Source: a virus. Taken from it: 44,311 nt of DNA. The position numbers and the translations under genes are program-made. The stretch lies in IMG/VR virus record IMGVR_UViG_3300045988_112757; one strand, given 5' to 3'. A model generated the notes under the pieces. It was not told where the DNA came from. It worked only from the letters and a program-made list of their open reading frames with translations, and did not search any database. This document shows, piece after piece, positions 42,127 through 44,311 of the stretch. Position 1 is the first letter of the stretch; each line of letters begins with the position of its first letter.

Positions 42127-42207
42127 TATATTTGCGTCGTCAAATATGGTTAACACAACCAACTACAGTTACACCCAAGGCGTCTAACCCCAAGTAGACG
42201 CTTTTTT
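42127..42207 (+). ncRNA. Candidate stand-alone small transcription unit: -7 box TATATTTG (42127-42134), 13-codon ORF MVNTTNYSYTQGV (42146-42187), terminator (42180-42207)
   Basis: All three elements lie within 81 nt. No other plus-strand gene is nearby. Confidence 0.35.
42180..42207 (+). terminator. Rho-independent terminator
   Basis: 7-bp stem GCGTCTA/TAGACGC, 8-nt loop, TTTTTT. Confidence 0.7.
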
Positions 42208-42664
42208 AATGAGAAAAGTCCGAGGGCTTAGATGTATTGACAGGACGCAAATCCTCTCCACGTGTTTTAATCATATTTGACTTATGAATAGTGGATTTCG
42301 CTTAACTGGCAATCACCTCTATTGCGGCGGTGATAAGTCCACCCATGTAAGATCGTACATTCGTGTACGCTATGGGAAAATTGAGCACGTTTGCGAACAC
42401 TGCCGAAGAGCTTGGGGCTCTCGCAAAGTAGCAGCGTAATCTCATTGGAGTTTTGACCTACCTCGGCCCTCGGATCTTTTCTCCCCATTACCCCAAATTC
42501 AATGCCATCCTCCGCGACCTCTCGGCGTTTTTAAGATAGCGCGCCTTGTATTTCTCATTGGCTTTCTCCGGAGGAACCAGGATTACCGTGTTTCTATCGA
42601 GCCGTAAGGGAACGTTTTAATATCCTTGAAAATATCATTCATAATTACAAGAACTTATCACTTG

Positions 42665-42735
42665 TTGAGCTACCCGGATTCGAACCGGAAGCGCCACCTC
42701 CAAAGGGTGATGTGTTACCGTTACACCATAGCTCA
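42665..42735 (-). tRNA. tRNA-Gln (anticodon UUG)
   Basis: Cloverleaf read by eye. Acceptor UGAGCUA/UAGCUCA (U1-A72 as in bacterial tRNA-Gln), U8, D stem GUGU/ACAC, anticodon stem UCACC/GGUGG, loop CU-UUG-GA, 4-nt variable loop, T arm UCCGG-UUCGAAU-CCGGG, discriminator A. No CCA is encoded. Confidence 0.85.
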
Positions 42736-42883
42736 ATAAATGCCGGTCTTTCCCGGCTGCCAGATGCTTTCGCATAACCTGTCCGATAGAGTCAAGCGTC
42801 TGTTCCGCTTTGCCATTGCCGCGCAATCGGCAATAATCCCTTGCGCTATCGTCGCTCTACTTGCATCATCAACAAAGGGGTTG

Positions 42884-42968
42884 CGGAGGGTGAGAGATTC
42901 GAACTCCCGAAGCGTTTCCGCTCGCCGGATTAGTAAGCCGGAGCCTTCAACCACTCGGCCAACCCTCC
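42884..42968 (-). tRNA. Class-II (serine-type body) tRNA with a non-canonical anticodon arm; nominal anticodon ACU, loop contains CUA
   Basis: Acceptor GGAGGGU/ACCCUCC, discriminator G, 3-bp D stem GCC/GGC with loop GAGUGGUUGAA, variable arm GAGCG-GAAA-CGCUU, T arm GGGAG-UUCGAAU-CUCUC. The anticodon arm CCGGC-UUACUAA-UCCGG has a C31.U39 mismatch. Confidence 0.8.
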
Positions 42969-43034
42969 AAATATCGCCCGCGGGCCTCACGGATGGCGGG
43001 CGACGGTTCTTGTTATGACGTAAGTAAGGCGTCG

Positions 43035-43295
43035 TCACGCCTTTTCTTTGACGAAACGCCCGCCGGCGCCTCGCTTCCGGGTGTACTTCATAAGGTCGAG
43101 TTCTGCGGAAATACGCAGGTTCCGTTCTTCGGCGCACTTTTTCAGGAGGTCATTGCGGTCTTTTTCACCCGCGGTGAAACTCCGGCGAATGTCCGCATTT
43201 ACGCGCTCCAGCCGTTCGATCTCCGCGCGGTATCGCTTCCGCGGAGTGAAGTCCATGCCCAGAAATTTCCGGGCCTTGAATGTCTCGGTTCTCAT
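43035..43295 (-). CDS. Hypothetical coiled-coil basic protein (86 aa)
   Basis: 4-nt overlap with the upstream HTH gene. Confidence 0.6.
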   Translation of the reverse strand: MRTETFKARKFLGMDFTPRKRYRAEIERLERVNADIRRSFTAGEKDRNDLLKKCAEERNLRISAELDLMKYTRKRGAGGRFVKEKA

Positions 43296-43543
43296 ATTTG
43301 TGCAATTTCAGGGTTAACGACCATATGATACTCTTTGTAGCGGACGATCCGCCCTCTGTCGGCATCGTGGCTGTAACACCAATCGCCGACGATGATGTAG
43401 CCTTTACGCCGGAGCCGCGTGACGATCTTTCGCAGCTCTGTTGTGCCGAATTTGTTCATCGCTTTCCACACCGTCAGCGTGCCGCCTCTGATGAAATAGG
43501 CCAAGATGCGGGCCTGCGGCTTCCTTAAATCTTTCTTCTTCAT
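43292..43543 (-). CDS. Winged-helix / HTH_39-like DNA-binding protein (83 aa)
   Basis: ARILAYFIRGGTLTVWKAMNKFGTTELRKIVTRLRRKGYII. Confidence 0.7.
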   Translation of the reverse strand: MKKKDLRKPQARILAYFIRGGTLTVWKAMNKFGTTELRKIVTRLRRKGYIIVGDWCYSHDADRGRIVRYKEYHMVVNPEIAQI

Positions 43544-43993
43544 AGCTGTAAAATTTTAAGGTTTGCGCCCTGACGCTATCGAAAGCAAGGCACACCGATC
43601 GGCAGGGTATCGGCGCCATCAGGGCAAGGGTGCGGGCTTTGCGCGGTGTGATAACCACTAACTTAAATTACAAAATGGACAGAAAGAACGTGTGCACTCA
43701 GCCCGCATTGGAGCCCGTGAAGTCGATCAAAACCGCACGGGCATAATTTGCGTCTATTTATCCCGGTGGTCCTCGCCGCTCATATCATCGCAGCTTTGGA
43801 GCCCGTGCCGGTCTTTCGCGCATTTCGGCTATTTGCTTACTCGCGGCCGCATCTTCTCAATGGCGGCACATAGTGCAGTACGTTGCAGGCGTCGGTCGGA
43901 ATGGTGTGGCTCCGACTGCCCGATCGCTTTCTGCCTTGCGGCTGGGGTTATTGCCAGCGATCAAACCCCTAACCCTTGCGGGCTGCGATCTTG

Positions 43994-44088
43994 GGAGTGC
44001 GGCAGGATTCGAACCTGCGTAGATGGTACTTTACTTCACATCTCCTTCCGTTAGTTATGCGGAGGCATTGCCAACCTGCCACGCACTC
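43994..44088 (-). tRNA. Class-II tRNA-like gene (95 nt) with a very long variable arm and a non-canonical anticodon arm; identity undetermined
   Basis: Acceptor GAGUGCG/CGCACUC, C73 with a possible G-1 at 44089, D stem GCA/UGC, T arm GCAGG-UUCGAAU-CCUGC, variable arm of about 26 nt with an AGAUG/CAUCU stem. The anticodon arm UCCGC-AUAACUA-ACGGA has a C31.A39 mismatch. Confidence 0.7.
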
Positions 44089-44095
44089 CTTGTTA

Positions 44096-44311
44096 CTATC
44101 CCTGCTTCTCGAATTTTATAGAATCATCCGCGAATACAACTCTATTGTCTTGGATATACCGTGCGATGCTTTTATCGTTTACTTGGCATTCGATAGCCGA
44201 AGTAAGGATAATCATCGTCGAGGTTCCCCAGCTCTCGGCGTTAATCGTCGAGGTTCCCCAGCTCCGGGCGTTAATCGTCGAGGTTTCCCAGCTCCGGGCG
44301 TTAATCGTCGA
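44096..44311 (-). CDS. Decapeptide-repeat protein, 3' part of the wrap-around gene (5' part at 1-377)
   Basis: The same frame enters from the right edge: STINARSWETSTINARSWGTSTINAESWGTSTMIILTSAIECQVNDKSIARYIQDNRVVFADDSIKFEKQG, with stop TAG at 44098-44096. Confidence 0.75.
   Translation of the reverse strand, partial: STINARSWETSTINARSWGTSTINAESWGTSTMIILTSAIECQVNDKSIARYIQDNRVVFADDSIKFEKQG
44211..44311. repeat. 30-bp tandem repeat array, right portion
   Basis: Partial unit 44211-44234, full units 44235-44264 and 44265-44294, partial unit 44295-44311. Nt 44265-44311 are identical to nt 1-47. Confidence 0.95.

Noticed and set aside
42282-42500. tmRNA or other known structured RNA beginning with GGGGAGAAAAG
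   Set aside because: No acceptor or T-arm partner, no resume-codon or tag-like ORF ending in ALAA, and no recognisable pseudoknot pattern.
43692-44054. 120-aa plus-strand ORF
   Set aside because: It overlaps the tRNA-like gene on the opposite strand, starts at a non-ATG codon, and has an Arg/Cys/Ser-rich composition.
43993-44089. tRNA-Sec-like 8/5 acceptor/T-stem fold for the tRNA-like gene
   Set aside because: Shifting the 5' end by one nt gives a normal 7/5 cloverleaf with U8. The D arm does not form the 6-bp stem and 4-nt loop of tRNA-Sec, and there is no UCA anticodon.

Overview
The window reads as one complete, circularly closed genome of about 44.3 kb from a temperate tailed phage. 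Nt 1-47 are identical to nt 44265-44311, and both a gene and a 30-bp tandem-repeat array run across the ends. Expression signals look Bacteroidota-like: TTTG / TAnnTTTG promoter boxes, no Shine-Dalgarno sequences, and many ATGA or TAATG coupled gene junctions.

Two transcription arms leave an overlapping face-to-face promoter pair at about 1400-1480 and meet at a bidirectional terminator at about 26.7 kb.

Plus arm:
- Small HTH regulators and a moron island with its own promoters and terminators (1.5-5.0 kb).
- A late operon at 5.3-23.4 kb: terS, terL, portal, HK97-type protease and capsid, large tail proteins, a tape-measure-like protein, a collagen-motif fibre, holin, an endolysin-like protein and a spanin-like protein.
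- A further cassette of small Cys-motif and membrane proteins of unknown function, driven by a late-type promoter (24.0-26.7 kb).

Minus arm, wrapping the window ends:
- A membrane-anchored LuxR-type regulator and a decapeptide-repeat protein that the ORF track missed.
- Three tRNA genes. One is a normal tRNA-Gln(UUG). Two have long variable arms and non-canonical anticodon loops.
- An HD-domain gene resembling a small alarmone hydrolase.
- An early operon of about 12 kb: Erf, SSB-like, NinB-like, a replication initiator with internal GATC iterons, VRR-NUC, a pentapeptide-repeat protein, a PAPS-reductase-family protein, C5 and N6 DNA methyltransferases, YopX and HNH.
- A Xis-like gene, an attP candidate made of a tRNA 3' end, and a tyrosine integrase.

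The observations most worth follow-up are:
- A repeated late promoter and leader element whose 5' hairpin shows compensatory base changes, followed by a strong intrinsic terminator that abuts the terS start codon. Together these suggest late control by antitermination.
- The two odd class-II tRNAs.
- The face-to-face switch promoters and their duplicated regulatory cassette.
- The iteron origin inside the replication gene.
- The DNA-modification and anti-restriction island.
- The uncharacterised late cassette.

All calls were made by eye from the sequence. No database search or folding program was run.
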